A stretch of 64,000 nucleotides of DNA, from contig JAZJZC010000001.1 of NCBI GenBank assembly GCA_040390045.1, positions 36,345 to 100,344 on the forward strand, written 5' to 3'. The translations under genes and the position numbers were made by a program. The DNA comes from Patescibacteria group bacterium. Lineage in GTDB: Bacteria; Patescibacteriota; Minisyncoccia; Phycocordibacterales; SIBU01. Shown piece after piece: positions 9,227-19,089 of the stretch (the first letter of the stretch is position 1; every line of letters begins with the position of its first letter). The notes under the pieces were generated by a model. The model was not told the DNA's origin. It ran no database searches and saw nothing but the letters and a program-made list of their open reading frames with translations.

Positions 9227-10324
9227 TTAAATCTTAAACTCTACGACTTCTCCATCTTTGACCACGTACTCCTTACCTTCAGTGCGAATCAAACCTTTTT
9301 CGCGCGCGGCGGCGTAGGAACCAACTGCCAAAAGCTTGTCCCATTCGATCACCTCAGCTCGAACAAATTTATCTTTAAAATCTCCGTGGATTGCAGTTCC
9401 GGCCTCAGGAGCAGTCCAACCTTTTTTTATTGTCCATGCGCGAGTTTCATCTTCCCCAGTTGTAAAATACATAATGAGCTCAAGCGTCTCGTAACCTTTT
9501 TTGATGAGTCGGTCAATGCCGTCATCGAGCACGCCGAAATCCGTCCGCATTTGTTTTTTTTCTGCGTCTTTCATATCTTTCAAATCATGTTCTATGCCCG
9601 CGTCAACAATAACCCACGGGGCTTTTTCTTTCGCTAAAAAATCCATTAATTTTTGAAATCGTTCGTCTTTCAATTCATCTAAATTTTTACCGCCAGCTTT
9701 TTTATTGAGTACATATAAAATTTTCTTTACCGTAAGCAAGTGTAATCCTTTAAGAACTGGAATTTCTTTAGAATCCACAGCAACAGTTGAGGCCAATTTG
9801 CCCGCATCCAACGCAATTTTTATCCGCTCGAGCAAACCTCCTTCAAGCATTGCATCTTTATCTCCACGCTTGACGTCGCGCGCCAAATTAGAAAGTCGCT
9901 TCGTAACTGTTTGTAAATCAGCCAAAATAAGTTCGAGATTGATCACTTCAATATCTCGCACCGGATCAATTCCACCTGAAACATGAATGACTTTTTCATC
10001 GTCGAAAATCCGCACCACTTGCGCAATGGCGTCGGTCTCACGAATGTTGGAAAGAAATTGATTACCCAGCCCCTCGCCTTCCGAAGCTCCTTTGACGAGG
10101 CCCGCGATATCAACAAATTCCACCGCCGCAGGAACAGTTTTTTTTGAATGACTGAATTCAGAAAGTTTCCAAAGTCTATCATCGGGTACAGCAACCACGC
10201 CGACCGATGGATCGATGGTGCAAAAAGGATAATTTTCACAAGCCACTGATTTTTTAGTCAGGGCGTTAAAAAGAGTTGATTTTCCTACGTTTGGCAAGCC
10301 GACAATTCCAATTGAAAGTGACAT
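9227..10324 (-). CDS. ychF: Ribosome-binding ATPase YchF (Obg-family GTPase)
   Basis: GIVGLPNVGKSTLFNALT P-loop, DIAGLVKGASEGEGLGNQFL, TGS-like C-terminus. Start is placed at MSLSIGIVG. Confidence 0.85.
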   Translation of the reverse strand: MSLSIGIVGLPNVGKSTLFNALTKKSVACENYPFCTIDPSVGVVAVPDDRLWKLSEFSHSKKTVPAAVEFVDIAGLVKGASEGEGLGNQFLSNIRETDAIAQVVRIFDDEKVIHVSGGIDPVRDIEVINLELILADLQTVTKRLSNLARDVKRGDKDAMLEGGLLERIKIALDAGKLASTVAVDSKEIPVLKGLHLLTVKKILYVLNKKAGGKNLDELKDERFQKLMDFLAKEKAPWVIVDAGIEHDLKDMKDAEKKQMRTDFGVLDDGIDRLIKKGYETLELIMYFTTGEDETRAWTIKKGWTAPEAGTAIHGDFKDKFVRAEVIEWDKLLAVGSYAAAREKGLIRTEGKEYVVKDGEVVEFKI

Positions 10325-10408
10325 AGGAAAGAGTATATAGCACTGGTACGTAATATCCAAGAAACAGAAAATTAATTTTCTGCCCGGAAAAAATTACGAG
10401 AGACGCAC

Positions 10409-13400
10409 CTACTGAGTCGTGCTTGTTGCCGTGGTAGTCGAAACGTCAGCGTGCGAAAACAAACTCACAATCCAACGCCAAGGTTTGAGAATAATTGAAC
10501 CGGCAAAGTTTCTGAGGCCTTCGAAGATATTCTTAGGTGATGTTGTACTTGCTGTATCATCTGCAACCGTAGAAGAAGAATTTGAACTATCGTCACTAAC
10601 GGTGGTCGCTGGTACCGTTCCTGTAGTGTTGGCGGAAAAAATATTGGTTTTTCCTGCATCAACTGTTTTTGTTGGATTGTAGGCGTTTCCCCAAAGGGTA
10701 CTCAACATCATCGCTCTGAAATCATTGATTTCAATTTGTTCCGCAACCGTAACAGGAAATGGTCGCTGACAGTAAATTTCGTTTACTTTTTTCTTGGTTG
10801 TGATGTAAGTAAATTCAGTTGGTCCAGGAAGCGCCCATGGTGCCAAGATATCATCCCAATATTTTACTTGGAAGGCATCCACACCAACAATAGTTGGATC
10901 ATCGTAGATTCCAGTGATTTGTAGATCCTTCATGCCTTCAAAATCTCGAAGGAAGACCTGCAATTTTCGGACTTCAACTGGATTATTGTTCCAGCCTTTT
11001 TTCAAGTGATCGTACAAGTAGTAACATACGCCTGGTGTAACGGGAGTCGATGAAGCAAAGGCTCCTAATACAACGCCGTTTACAGGTCCTACGTTAATTG
11101 GAACCGGTGGGCCGTTGCTACCTCCTCCGCCCCCACCACCTCCCCCTCCTCCACCGCCACCTCCACTTGTGCCTCCACAATTAGTACATGGAGCTGGATT
11201 TACTGTGAATGAAACACTTGAACCGTTGTTTGTTGAATCGGTATCAGTTTGAGATGAACTTGCGTTTGCAGAGTTAGTAATAGTTGTACTTTCGGTGCCG
11301 AGTTTAACTTTGGCTTTCAAAGTAAGGCTCGTACTTGAACCGTTAGCCAAGTTTCCAACCGTCCACAGGCCAGTGGTTGTACTGTAGCTACCAATAGAAG
11401 TACTTGCGGAAATAAATTCCAATCCTGCAGGTAACACGTCAGTGACTGAAACTCCTGTCGAAGAAAGTGTTCCGAGGTTCGTTAATACGAGAGTGTAAAT
11501 AATTTCATCGCCAACGCTCGCTGTGGTTTTGTTAGAAGTTTTGGTAATACTCAAGTTGACACCTCCACCTCCACCACCGCAGTTCGAAGTACAACCAGGT
11601 GTGTTTACAGTAAATGATACGGCTCCAGTATTGTTTGTCGAATCAGTATCAGTTTGTGTTGAACTGGCGATAGCGGTGTTGGTAATAGTTGAACCTTCGG
11701 TTCCCGCTTTTACCTTAGCTTTCAAAACTAAAGTTGTAGTTGAGCCATTCGTCAAATTTCCGATAGTCCAAAGACTGGTTGTGGTGCTGTAACTACCGAG
11801 CGATGTGCTGGCGGAAATAAATTCCACACCGGTTGGCAGAATATCGCTCAAAGAAACTCCTGTTGAAGAAAGTGTTCCGAGGTTTGTCAGTACAATGGTG
11901 TAGATAACTTCATCACCGACATTTGCCGTAGTTTTATTGGCAGTTTTTGTGACACTCAAGTTAACGCCACTGGTTCCTCCGCCACCACAGTTTGAAGTAC
12001 AGACGACTGGATTTACGATGACGTTCACTGTCGCGGTGTTGTTTGAAGAATCGGTATCAATTTGAGTTGAAGTCGCCGCTGCAATGTTGCCAATAGTGAG
12101 GCCTTCGTTCCCTGCCTTTATTGTAGCTTTCAAAATAAGGGTCGTGGTTGCATTTTTCGCCAAATTTCCAATGGTCCAGAGTGAAGTTGAGGTGCTGTAA
12201 CTACCAATACTCGTGCTCGCTGAAACAAATTGCAACTGCGATGACAAAACATCAGTGACAGAAACTCCGGTTGCGGCATCTGGCCCAGCGTTTGAAACAG
12301 AGATCGTGTAGGTGACTTGATCGCCGACATTAGCGTTTGTTTTATCAGCAATTTTGGTAAGACCGAGGTTAACACCAGAAATTGGAACTGGAACAACGAT
12401 AACATTTCGCGTAACTGAAGCACTCAAACCTCCCGAGTCAGTGACCGTGTAGGTGAGTGTGTACGTGCCAAGCGTGCTCGTGCTGACAGTTCCGGTAACC
12501 ACAATTTGTGATGTGAGATTGCCATCTTCGAGGTCAGTGGCAGTAGCTCCGGGATCGGTAAAGACATGACCCAAGATAACAGTGATTGGATTGGCACCGA
12601 CAAGCGTAATAACCGGCGCGGTGTTTGTTGGTGGATTAACTGGACCATTAGGACAGGTAGAAGCGGTTGTGGTGTACGAATAGGTTACCGCAACGGAACT
12701 TGAAGCGGTAAGCAAAGGGAAATAACTGTAGGGGCCGGTAGTAAAATCTCCTATCAAATTGAGAGTTGAGAAAGATTGTCCTGAAACATCTTCGGTAACA
12801 TTTACACCACCGGTTGTCGTGCTAACGAAACTTAAAAGTTCTGTTGGGTCAGTAATCGTCAACAAGGCATCACTTTGAGAATATGTGCTTGTGCCAGTAC
12901 CGTATGAACTTGCGCCAGCATAATCGAGCGCGCCATCGGCGGCATTAACTGTAACTGGACCGAAGTAACTGGTGAAATATAATTTTGATAGATGTCCCGG
13001 CACACTAAACGTGCTGGTCGCCAAAAGACCGCCAGAAATTGAAATCGGGTGGGTAGCAATGTTCTCTACCTTTTGATTGATATTTGCCTCAGCGTAGTGC
13101 TTGAGAGAAAGAGAAGTCAGAGTTCCAAGAGCAGGATCGAAATATTTAATTTTTCCTTGCTTGGTAAAATCAGCCTTAGTTGTTGGGAAAATTAAAGTGT
13201 CAGAGTATTGGCAGGAAATTGGAGCAGGAGGTGGAGGCGGCAAAGGATTACAAACAGCGTTAATCTCCGCATCTCCATCGTTTAACATACTACCTCCACC
13301 TAAAGCAGAAATATATCGGAAGGCCTGTGGAAACAACCAAATGGTTGTGTCGTTGTCAGAAATCCAGTTTGTTGGGCCATCAGGGTAGGTTCCAATTTCT

Positions 13401-14449
13401 ATACCAGAAGTCCAAGGACCAGCTGGACTATCGGAACCAAAAAGGGCACCCTCGTGAGCTTCGTTTGGAGTTTCTCCGTGGTCAATAGATGGAACAAGAT
13501 AGACCATGTTGCTACTGGTTGCAGTAGTAGTTCCCATATCCCAAACTCCCCTTCCTGGATAACCACTAAATCCTGCAGGATTGCTAAACACCTGAACCCA
13601 TTTATGATCGATAAAATCTCCGGAATGTGGATCGCTGTTGTATACCCAATCATAAGCAGTAGGACTGGTTTCCTCACCAGTTACCATTCCCGTAGTGAGA
13701 AGAACTCCACAAGAACCGATATTCAAGGTTGTTGGTGCGGTTGGGCAAGGAGCAGTGCTGGTGAAAGAATAAGTTACTACAACAGAATTCGAAGCATAGA
13801 TCAAAGGAAAATAACTCCATGGTCCTGAAGGAGTGCTTGAAGCGATGTTGAGGAATGAGAACGACTGACCGGAAACATTTTCGGTAATATCAACGCCACC
13901 AGCACCAGAATTAACATAATTTAAAAGTTCAGCAGGATCGTTGATTGCAATCGAGGTATCGTTTTGAGAAAAAGTTGTGGTACCAGTGTCGTACGAACTT
14001 GAACCAGCATAATCGAGAGCTCCATCGTACGCGGTTATGTCGACTGGACCGAAATTACTAGAAAAAAGCAAATTTGAAGTATGTCCTGGAAGACTCAATG
14101 TGCTGGTTGCACTGAGGCCACCACCACTTGAAATTGTATGATCAGAGACGTTTTCTGCCTTCTGGCTTACATCAACGATAGAAATGTGCTTGATAGAAAG
14201 ACTTGTGAGAGTACCGAAGGCGGGATTAAAGTACTTGATTTTTGCCTGCTGTGTAAAATCAGCCTTCGCAACGCCGAAAACAATGGTGTCAGAAAGCTGA
14301 CAGGAATTGCTTGTTGTCGTTGCCGCACGTACAAGGAGGTTTGAAGATGGCACAGCCAAAATCATTAGGGACAAAAACATGACGAAAAGCGATGTGGTGA
14401 TTTTTTTCTTGAGATTGCTGATCTTGCTCGTTGATAAATATTTTTTCAT
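10409..14449 (-). CDS. Giant secreted cell-surface protein: signal peptide, two duplicated ~190-aa N-terminal domains, an Ig-like domain, three tandem DUF11 repeats, a poly-Gly linker, and a C-terminal PG_binding_1-like domain
   Basis: N-terminal hydrophobic signal. GVNLGLTKIADKTNANVGDQVTYTISVSNAGPDAATGVSVTDVL... repeated three times (DUF11). GGGGGGGGGGGGGGGG linker. C-terminal VRKLQVFLRDFEGMKDLQITGIYDDPTIVGVDAFQVKY resembles a peptidoglycan-binding domain. Confidence 0.85.
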   Translation of the reverse strand: MKKYLSTSKISNLKKKITTSLFVMFLSLMILAVPSSNLLVRAATTTSNSCQLSDTIVFGVAKADFTQQAKIKYFNPAFGTLTSLSIKHISIVDVSQKAENVSDHTISSGGGLSATSTLSLPGHTSNLLFSSNFGPVDITAYDGALDYAGSSSYDTGTTTFSQNDTSIAINDPAELLNYVNSGAGGVDITENVSGQSFSFLNIASSTPSGPWSYFPLIYASNSVVVTYSFTSTAPCPTAPTTLNIGSCGVLLTTGMVTGEETSPTAYDWVYNSDPHSGDFIDHKWVQVFSNPAGFSGYPGRGVWDMGTTTATSSNMVYLVPSIDHGETPNEAHEGALFGSDSPAGPWTSGIEIGTYPDGPTNWISDNDTTIWLFPQAFRYISALGGGSMLNDGDAEINAVCNPLPPPPPAPISCQYSDTLIFPTTKADFTKQGKIKYFDPALGTLTSLSLKHYAEANINQKVENIATHPISISGGLLATSTFSVPGHLSKLYFTSYFGPVTVNAADGALDYAGASSYGTGTSTYSQSDALLTITDPTELLSFVSTTTGGVNVTEDVSGQSFSTLNLIGDFTTGPYSYFPLLTASSSVAVTYSYTTTASTCPNGPVNPPTNTAPVITLVGANPITVILGHVFTDPGATATDLEDGNLTSQIVVTGTVSTSTLGTYTLTYTVTDSGGLSASVTRNVIVVPVPISGVNLGLTKIADKTNANVGDQVTYTISVSNAGPDAATGVSVTDVLSSQLQFVSASTSIGSYSTSTSLWTIGNLAKNATTTLILKATIKAGNEGLTIGNIAAATSTQIDTDSSNNTATVNVIVNPVVCTSNCGGGGTSGVNLSVTKTANKTTANVGDEVIYTIVLTNLGTLSSTGVSLSDILPTGVEFISASTSLGSYSTTTSLWTIGNLTNGSTTTLVLKAKVKAGTEGSTITNTAIASSTQTDTDSTNNTGAVSFTVNTPGCTSNCGGGGGGVNLSITKTSNKTTASVGDEIIYTLVLTNLGTLSSTGVSVTDVLPAGLEFISASTSIGSYSTTTGLWTVGNLANGSSTSLTLKAKVKLGTESTTITNSANASSSQTDTDSTNNGSSVSFTVNPAPCTNCGGTSGGGGGGGGGGGGGGGSNGPPVPINVGPVNGVVLGAFASSTPVTPGVCYYLYDHLKKGWNNNPVEVRKLQVFLRDFEGMKDLQITGIYDDPTIVGVDAFQVKYWDDILAPWALPGPTEFTYITTKKKVNEIYCQRPFPVTVAEQIEINDFRAMMLSTLWGNAYNPTKTVDAGKTNIFSANTTGTVPATTVSDDSSNSSSTVADDTASTTSPKNIFEGLRNFAGSIILKPWRWIVSLFSHADVSTTTATSTTQ
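11270..12385 (-). repeat. Three ~360-bp nucleotide-level tandem repeats encoding the DUF11 modules of the surface protein
   Basis: Near-identical stretches (e.g. ccaatagaagtacttgcggaaataaattccaa / ccgagcgatgtgctggcggaaataaattccac) recur at ~360-bp spacing. Coding, not CRISPR. Confidence 0.7.
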
Positions 14450-14559
14450 AAATTTTTCAGGTGAGATTATTAAATTAGACTAGTGCAATTAAAAAAAATG
14501 TCAATTGTTTTTGATCAAATAAAGATAGAAATAGCTTTGAGATTAGGCCTATAATCACG

Positions 14560-14680
14560 ATTGTCCTTTAAAATAGAGATTGGTGTCCTTTATAGAACTC
14601 CTTCCGATGTGTATGCCGTTCGATCATATAAAATATTACATAAAGGACATTTCAGTTTGTCTAGTGTCCTTTATAAATTT
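14560..14680. promoter_or_regulatory. Four GTCCTTTA(TA) boxes (one inverted) 110-230 bp upstream of the giant surface-protein gene
   Basis: ttgtcctttaaaat, gtgtcctttataga, taaaggacat (inverted), gtgtcctttataaa. Candidate operator array. Confidence 0.45.
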
Positions 14681-14770
14681 ACTGAAAGTGTATGGAACAC
14701 ATTTATAAATTTTGTCAATCATCTCAGAAATTGCTACAACTAGTTTTTTGGTCAAAAGTTACAATGTGCA

Positions 14771-14805
14771 ACAAAAAATGCCACAGATGTGGCATTTTTC
14801 TTTTC
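14771..14805 (-). terminator. Bidirectional intrinsic terminator downstream of the 14832-15422 gene
   Basis: aaaatgccac-agat-gtggcatttt, flanked by an A-run and a T-run. Confidence 0.75.
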
Positions 14806-14831
14806 TTTGGGAGTTCGACTTCCAAGCAGCG

Positions 14832-15422
14832 CTAGTACGCTCTTCTTCCCCACTTTTCAAATCTTTCTTTCCATCGTTTGACACCGTCTTCTTTTATAAA
14901 TTTAAGCGGTCCGACTTTCTTCACGTGGACCTTAAATCCAGCGAACCAAAGAATGCACTTCTTAATTTCATTCGTAGTGTCACCGAACAAAATACGAGCT
15001 AAGAATGGATTTGAATCTGAAGTGACAAAAACTCGGGCGGTCTTTTTTTTCATGAGCTTACTCCAAAAGTAGCCCGCTCCCATGCCGCTTGATTTGAACT
15101 GAAAAGCAAAATGGGGTAACCAGATTCGATCAAAAAATCCCTTGAGAAGTGCTGGCATGGTTGACCACCAACTTGGGTAAAAAATAACAAAATGCTCTGC
15201 CCATTTTATATCTTCTTCTGCTTTGATTAAATCTGGTTCAAGCGCTTGAATCTCCCGATAACCCTTGTGGAGAATTGGATCGAACTTAATATCACCGAGG
15301 TTAGTCCTTCGTACCTCGTGACCCGCCTCTTTTGCCGCCTTTTCGTATGTATCAGCAAACGATCCGCACAGCATCTCCTTGTCAGGATGACCGAGCAGTA
15401 TAAAAATCTTTTTGGATTTCAT
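14832..15422 (-). CDS. NAD(P)H-dependent quinone oxidoreductase, flavodoxin-like fold (Flavodoxin_2 / NQO-KefF-MdaB type)
   Basis: KIFILLGHPDKEMLCGSFADTYEKAAKEAGHEVRRTNL...FDRIW pattern of the flavodoxin_2 family. Confidence 0.7.
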   Translation of the reverse strand: MKSKKIFILLGHPDKEMLCGSFADTYEKAAKEAGHEVRRTNLGDIKFDPILHKGYREIQALEPDLIKAEEDIKWAEHFVIFYPSWWSTMPALLKGFFDRIWLPHFAFQFKSSGMGAGYFWSKLMKKKTARVFVTSDSNPFLARILFGDTTNEIKKCILWFAGFKVHVKKVGPLKFIKEDGVKRWKERFEKWGRRAY

Positions 15423-15433
15423 AATTTATAAGG

Positions 15434-15658
15434 TTATTTTTGCAAATTCTCGAGCTCTGCTTTGTGGTTTGTCATTACTTCCATCGCCGCATCCATCTCA
15501 CTTTTGCCGGTTTTAATTTTTTCTTTAATTTCCTCGGCCACTTTCATAAAAAAATCAGGGTTTTTCTCAACCATAAGTAACAACTTCTCCTGGGTTTCTT
15601 TCGGAACATCCTTGAGCTTCGACTGAAGCATCTTTTTCATTAAAAATTCTTTAAGCAT
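15434..15658 (-). CDS. Small hypothetical protein (74 aa), lysine/glutamate-rich helical
   Basis: ORF only. Sits inside a same-strand cluster between two redox genes. Confidence 0.4.
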   Translation of the reverse strand: MLKEFLMKKMLQSKLKDVPKETQEKLLLMVEKNPDFFMKVAEEIKEKIKTGKSEMDAAMEVMTNHKAELENLQK

Positions 15659-15716
15659 AGTTCAATGTGAATTACTAATACCTTAAGTTTAACAAAAGCT
15701 AGCCTGTTGCGCGACC

Positions 15717-16433
15717 TTACTCTGAGTAGCCAGTGAATTCATCGGTTCTGATATTTTCATCAGATATGTTGAGCTCCAACAAAATTTCTCGAATTCGAAC
15801 AATAAAAGGGATCGGACCTGAGATGTAAAACGACTGTTCACCTGGGTTTTTGATAAAGGACATTAGAAACTTCTTATCCAGCCGGGGCTTGATTGTTTTT
15901 TTTGTAGAACTTTTTGCAGTTTGTAGGGCTGTGAATGAAAAATTTTTATGCTGCTTAGCGTAGGATAAGAAATCATCTAAAAAAACTGCCGATGTATCGT
16001 GCCTGTAGGAATACATAAAGATAATATTCCGATCCTCATTCTTAAAAAAGGCTTCCTTCAAAATACTGGCAAAAGGCGTGACACCGATCCCTGCCCCAAT
16101 AAAAACTAAGGGCTTTGAAAGAGTTTCTCTCAGAAAAAAGGTACCGAACGGTCCCTCTAGTTTCACTCGCTGACCAACTCGAAAAGAGAAAAGCAGCTTT
16201 TTAAAATCACTTTGAGTATTTTTGGTAACAATATAGATTGTCTTTTCGTGAGGAGCTGAAGAGAGTGTAAATGTTCTTGTGAGATTCTGACTCTCTAAAC
16301 CTTTTGGCAGAGGAAGCGTGAAGTCTGCACACTGACCGGCTTTGTACTTGAAACCCTTTGGCTTTTCAAAAACAAAACAGGTCGCATCTTTTGCAATTTC
16401 TTTTTTTTCAATTAGTCGAATTCGGTAGGACAT
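15717..16433 (-). CDS. Ferredoxin-NADP reductase-superfamily oxidoreductase (FAD-binding plus NAD(P)-binding domains)
   Basis: RTFTLSSAP (RxYS-like FAD motif), GPFGTF, VFIGAGIGVTPFASIL NAD(P)-binding glycine motif. Confidence 0.7.
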   Translation of the reverse strand: MSYRIRLIEKKEIAKDATCFVFEKPKGFKYKAGQCADFTLPLPKGLESQNLTRTFTLSSAPHEKTIYIVTKNTQSDFKKLLFSFRVGQRVKLEGPFGTFFLRETLSKPLVFIGAGIGVTPFASILKEAFFKNEDRNIIFMYSYRHDTSAVFLDDFLSYAKQHKNFSFTALQTAKSSTKKTIKPRLDKKFLMSFIKNPGEQSFYISGPIPFIVRIREILLELNISDENIRTDEFTGYSE

Positions 16434-16466
16434 AACTTTAGAGTAAATAAAATCTAACCTGCTGGA

Positions 16467-16600
16467 TGCAATTCGAGGCGCAAACGATTTTGCGACTAAA
16501 ACGTAGGTCGCGCTTCAATGGACGTTGCGCGACACGATTCCGACTGAATCGACATTGCGGAAGCAAACGGAGCTGGCGACAATGAAATGCGCCAAAGGCG
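16467..16600 (+). ncRNA. Candidate structured RNA element, copy X1 (paralog of 36519-36670 and 49132-49283)
   Basis: ~85-90% identical to the X3 core over the first 100 nt. Conserved hairpins gtcgcgc-ttcaatggacgtt-gcgcgac and cgattc-cgact-gaatcg. It lies between two minus-strand genes and abuts the ABC transporter stop codon. Confidence 0.45.
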
Positions 16601-16606
16601 GATGTT

Positions 16607-18412
16607 CTACTCTTGGATGAAACCACCAGCTTGAAGATTCCACAACTTAGTATACAAACTCGCGCTGTTCTTCAGTAAATCATCATGACTTCCCTCCTCA
16701 ATCACCTTTCCTTTCTCAAGCACAATAATTCTATCCATTTTTCGAATGGTTGAAAGTCGGTGAGCAATGACAATAACTGTCTTACCTTTCATCAGTTTAT
16801 CGAGCGCATCTTGAATAAGAGACTCGGAGTGAGAATCGAGACTTGAGGTGGCTTCATCAAGAACTAAAATCGGTGCGTTTTTAAGGATAGCTCGAGCAAT
16901 TGCCACGCGTTGACGTTCCCCACCAGAAAGCTTAATGCCACGCTCTCCGACATACGTGTCGTATTTTTGCGGCAACCCAAGCGCAAACTCATCACAATGC
17001 GCCAATCGTGCCGCTTCGTACACTTCAGCCTCGCTCGCCTCTCTTCGTCCGTAGCGGATATTTTCAAGAAGGGTTCTGTGAAAAAGAATCGGATCTTGTG
17101 GCACCAAACTGACATTTTTTCGTAAACTTTCCTGCGTAACATTTCGAATCTCCTGCCCATCAATTGAAATTCCCCCAGCGGATACATCGTACAGACGGAG
17201 TAACAATTTTACGAATGTTGATTTACCCGCGCCAGACGGGCCGATCAAAGCCACCTTCTCCCCTGCGGCAATTTTTAGATTTAAACCTTGGAGAACAATC
17301 TGTTCGCCGCCGAAAGAAAAATCAACATTATGAAAGTCGACTGAACCTGAGGGAACAGAAAGTATGCTGGCATCTGCCGCATCCAAAATGTCCTGCGGCA
17401 ACTTCAAAATATCAACCATTTCCTTGGCATCGGCAATCGATTCGTACATACTGCGAATAATTCTACTGATGCCCCAGAGCTTACCGTTGAGTCCTAACAA
17501 ATAGACTTGGATCAAGACAAACGAGCCGACAGTTATGGCTCCGGTCTGCCAATATTTGATGGCAAAATAGAATAACAAAAATTCAATGAAAATAAGTAGA
17601 AGTGCTTGCCCTGTTTCCACGCCATTTTGCAGGTTCCAGGCAAATCGTGTCAATCGAGCTTGCTCATTGGTCACTTCGCGAAAATATTTTGATTCGGATT
17701 TCACACCCGTAAAAAGATGAATGGTGTTTTGATTTGTGATGGCGTCAGCCAAAACACCTGTCGTAAAGGAGTCCATAGCGGCACGTTTGACATCATATTT
17801 TAATTTCCAACGGGAAAAAAGATAATTAAAAAGCAAAAATACAAAAACCCAAGCGAGCAAAACTTCAGTAATGATGTGGCTGGTAAACCAAAGTACGAAA
17901 CAGATGCCGATCACCTGCACCACGAGTGGCAAAATTTCATAGACAATTCTATCCTGAAAAACCTCGAAGGCCCGGGCAAAACGGTTGACGCGCTGAACCA
18001 AAGAGCCGGTAAAGTTGTTGGCATAAAAAGAGTAGGAATGATTGATCATGTACTCAAAAGCTTGCTGACGCAGTCGGGCAATGACTCTCGAATCGCAATA
18101 GGAGGAGGAGAATGTGGCAATGCGCCACCCTACCCACTGGATGATATTTAAAACCAAGATAAGAAAGATGATACTAAATAATTGTGGACTTTTATCGGAA
18201 ACGGAGAGAGTGCCGAGATTTAGAACATCGAAGAAATTCTTATAATAAATAGGAATGACAACTGACACAGCGTTGGCAAAAATCGCGCTCGAAAAAATTA
18301 TGAAAAGCGAAAGTTTGTTTGGCCGAAGACCACGCCAAAAAGCCTTGAGTACATCGAAGGTTGTAGCAATCCCGGTGCCCTTATGTTTAGGTTTCGTGTC
18401 GAAGGCTAGCAT
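16607..18412 (-). CDS. ABC exporter, fused permease/ATPase (MsbA/ABCB-type)
   Basis: Six-TM N-terminal domain, GPSGAGKST Walker A, LSGGERQRVAIARAIL signature, ILVLDEATSSLD Walker B. Confidence 0.9.
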   Translation of the reverse strand: MLAFDTKPKHKGTGIATTFDVLKAFWRGLRPNKLSLFIIFSSAIFANAVSVVIPIYYKNFFDVLNLGTLSVSDKSPQLFSIIFLILVLNIIQWVGWRIATFSSSYCDSRVIARLRQQAFEYMINHSYSFYANNFTGSLVQRVNRFARAFEVFQDRIVYEILPLVVQVIGICFVLWFTSHIITEVLLAWVFVFLLFNYLFSRWKLKYDVKRAAMDSFTTGVLADAITNQNTIHLFTGVKSESKYFREVTNEQARLTRFAWNLQNGVETGQALLLIFIEFLLFYFAIKYWQTGAITVGSFVLIQVYLLGLNGKLWGISRIIRSMYESIADAKEMVDILKLPQDILDAADASILSVPSGSVDFHNVDFSFGGEQIVLQGLNLKIAAGEKVALIGPSGAGKSTFVKLLLRLYDVSAGGISIDGQEIRNVTQESLRKNVSLVPQDPILFHRTLLENIRYGRREASEAEVYEAARLAHCDEFALGLPQKYDTYVGERGIKLSGGERQRVAIARAILKNAPILVLDEATSSLDSHSESLIQDALDKLMKGKTVIVIAHRLSTIRKMDRIIVLEKGKVIEEGSHDDLLKNSASLYTKLWNLQAGGFIQE

Positions 18413-18492
18413 AGAATCACTATTTTACTTCGTTTTTAAGGAAAAGACAAAAGAAAAACCGCGCGGTATGTCGAGCGGCTACAGAAAAGTAA

Positions 18493-18846
18493 TTACGTCT
18501 TGCAACGTAGACGACTCAAGGTTTCAAGGACTTCTTCCCGCAGATAACGCTCTTCCCAATCTTGATAAAAATGAGTGCCTGTTACAACCGTAACACCGAG
18601 ACTTAGGATGACACCGGAAAGTTCAGCAAAATCGGAAAGGTTTTGAAACCGCAACTTCATTAGTTCCGACACCAGAAAAAACATTGAGGTGCACAGGAGC
18701 GAAAAGAATCCCGCAGTTAGAACAATCTCTGCCCACCAGTCCTTTTCAGCCTTTTTACGCTTGGCGAGCCGATAATCGAAATAGCCCCAAACGTAACAGT
18801 ACGCAAGCACTAGACCACATGCCAAAGAAAGTTTTAAAAGAAGCAT
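18493..18846 (-). CDS. Small membrane protein (hypothetical, 117 aa)
   Basis: Three hydrophobic helices. ORF only. Confidence 0.45.
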   Translation of the reverse strand: MLLLKLSLACGLVLAYCYVWGYFDYRLAKRKKAEKDWWAEIVLTAGFFSLLCTSMFFLVSELMKLRFQNLSDFAELSGVILSLGVTVVTGTHFYQDWEERYLREEVLETLSRLRCKT

Positions 18847-18958
18847 AACGAAAATCTGTGTACTTCTGTCACACTACAAGAAAATTGATCTGGGTGCAAC
18901 AACTCCGACTTGCACAGATACGAAGAAGCCTGCCACTGGGCAGGTTTCTTCTGTTCAG

Positions 18959-19029
18959 TGGACCTAGGGGGAATCGCACCCCCGCCTCGTCAATGCGAAT
19001 GACGCGTCGTACTACTAGACTATAGGCCC
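18959..19029 (-). tRNA. tRNA-Ala (anticodon CGC)
   Basis: RC reads GGGCCTATAGTCTAGTAGTACGACGCGTCATTCGCATTGACGAGGCGGGGGTGCGATTCCCCCTAGGTCCA. Anticodon loop TTCGCAT, G3:U70 Ala identity pair, T-loop GTGCGATTC. CCA is not encoded. Confidence 0.85.
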
Positions 19030-19045
19030 AAATTGGACATAGGAA

Positions 19046-19074
19046 ATAGTAACAATTTCTTGTTGACGTATCAA
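19046..19074 (-). promoter_or_regulatory. Sigma-70-like promoter candidate for tRNA-Ala(CGC): TTGATA-N17-TACTAT, 16 nt ahead of the tRNA 5' end
   Basis: Read on the minus strand: ttgatacgtcaacaagaaattgttactat. Confidence 0.4.
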
Positions 19075-19089
19075 ATTGAGAAATTTTAT

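Noticed and set aside
11270-12385. Tandem ~360-bp repeats as a CRISPR-like or non-coding array
   Set aside because: They lie inside a long ORF and encode DUF11 protein modules. There is no spacer/repeat architecture.
16467-16600. X1/X2/X3 elements as MITEs (Correia/ERIC-like transposable elements)
   Set aside because: The terminal inverted repeats differ completely in sequence between copies while each keeps self-complementarity. No target-site duplications are evident. This favours structural (RNA) conservation over transposase recognition, though it is not fully excluded.
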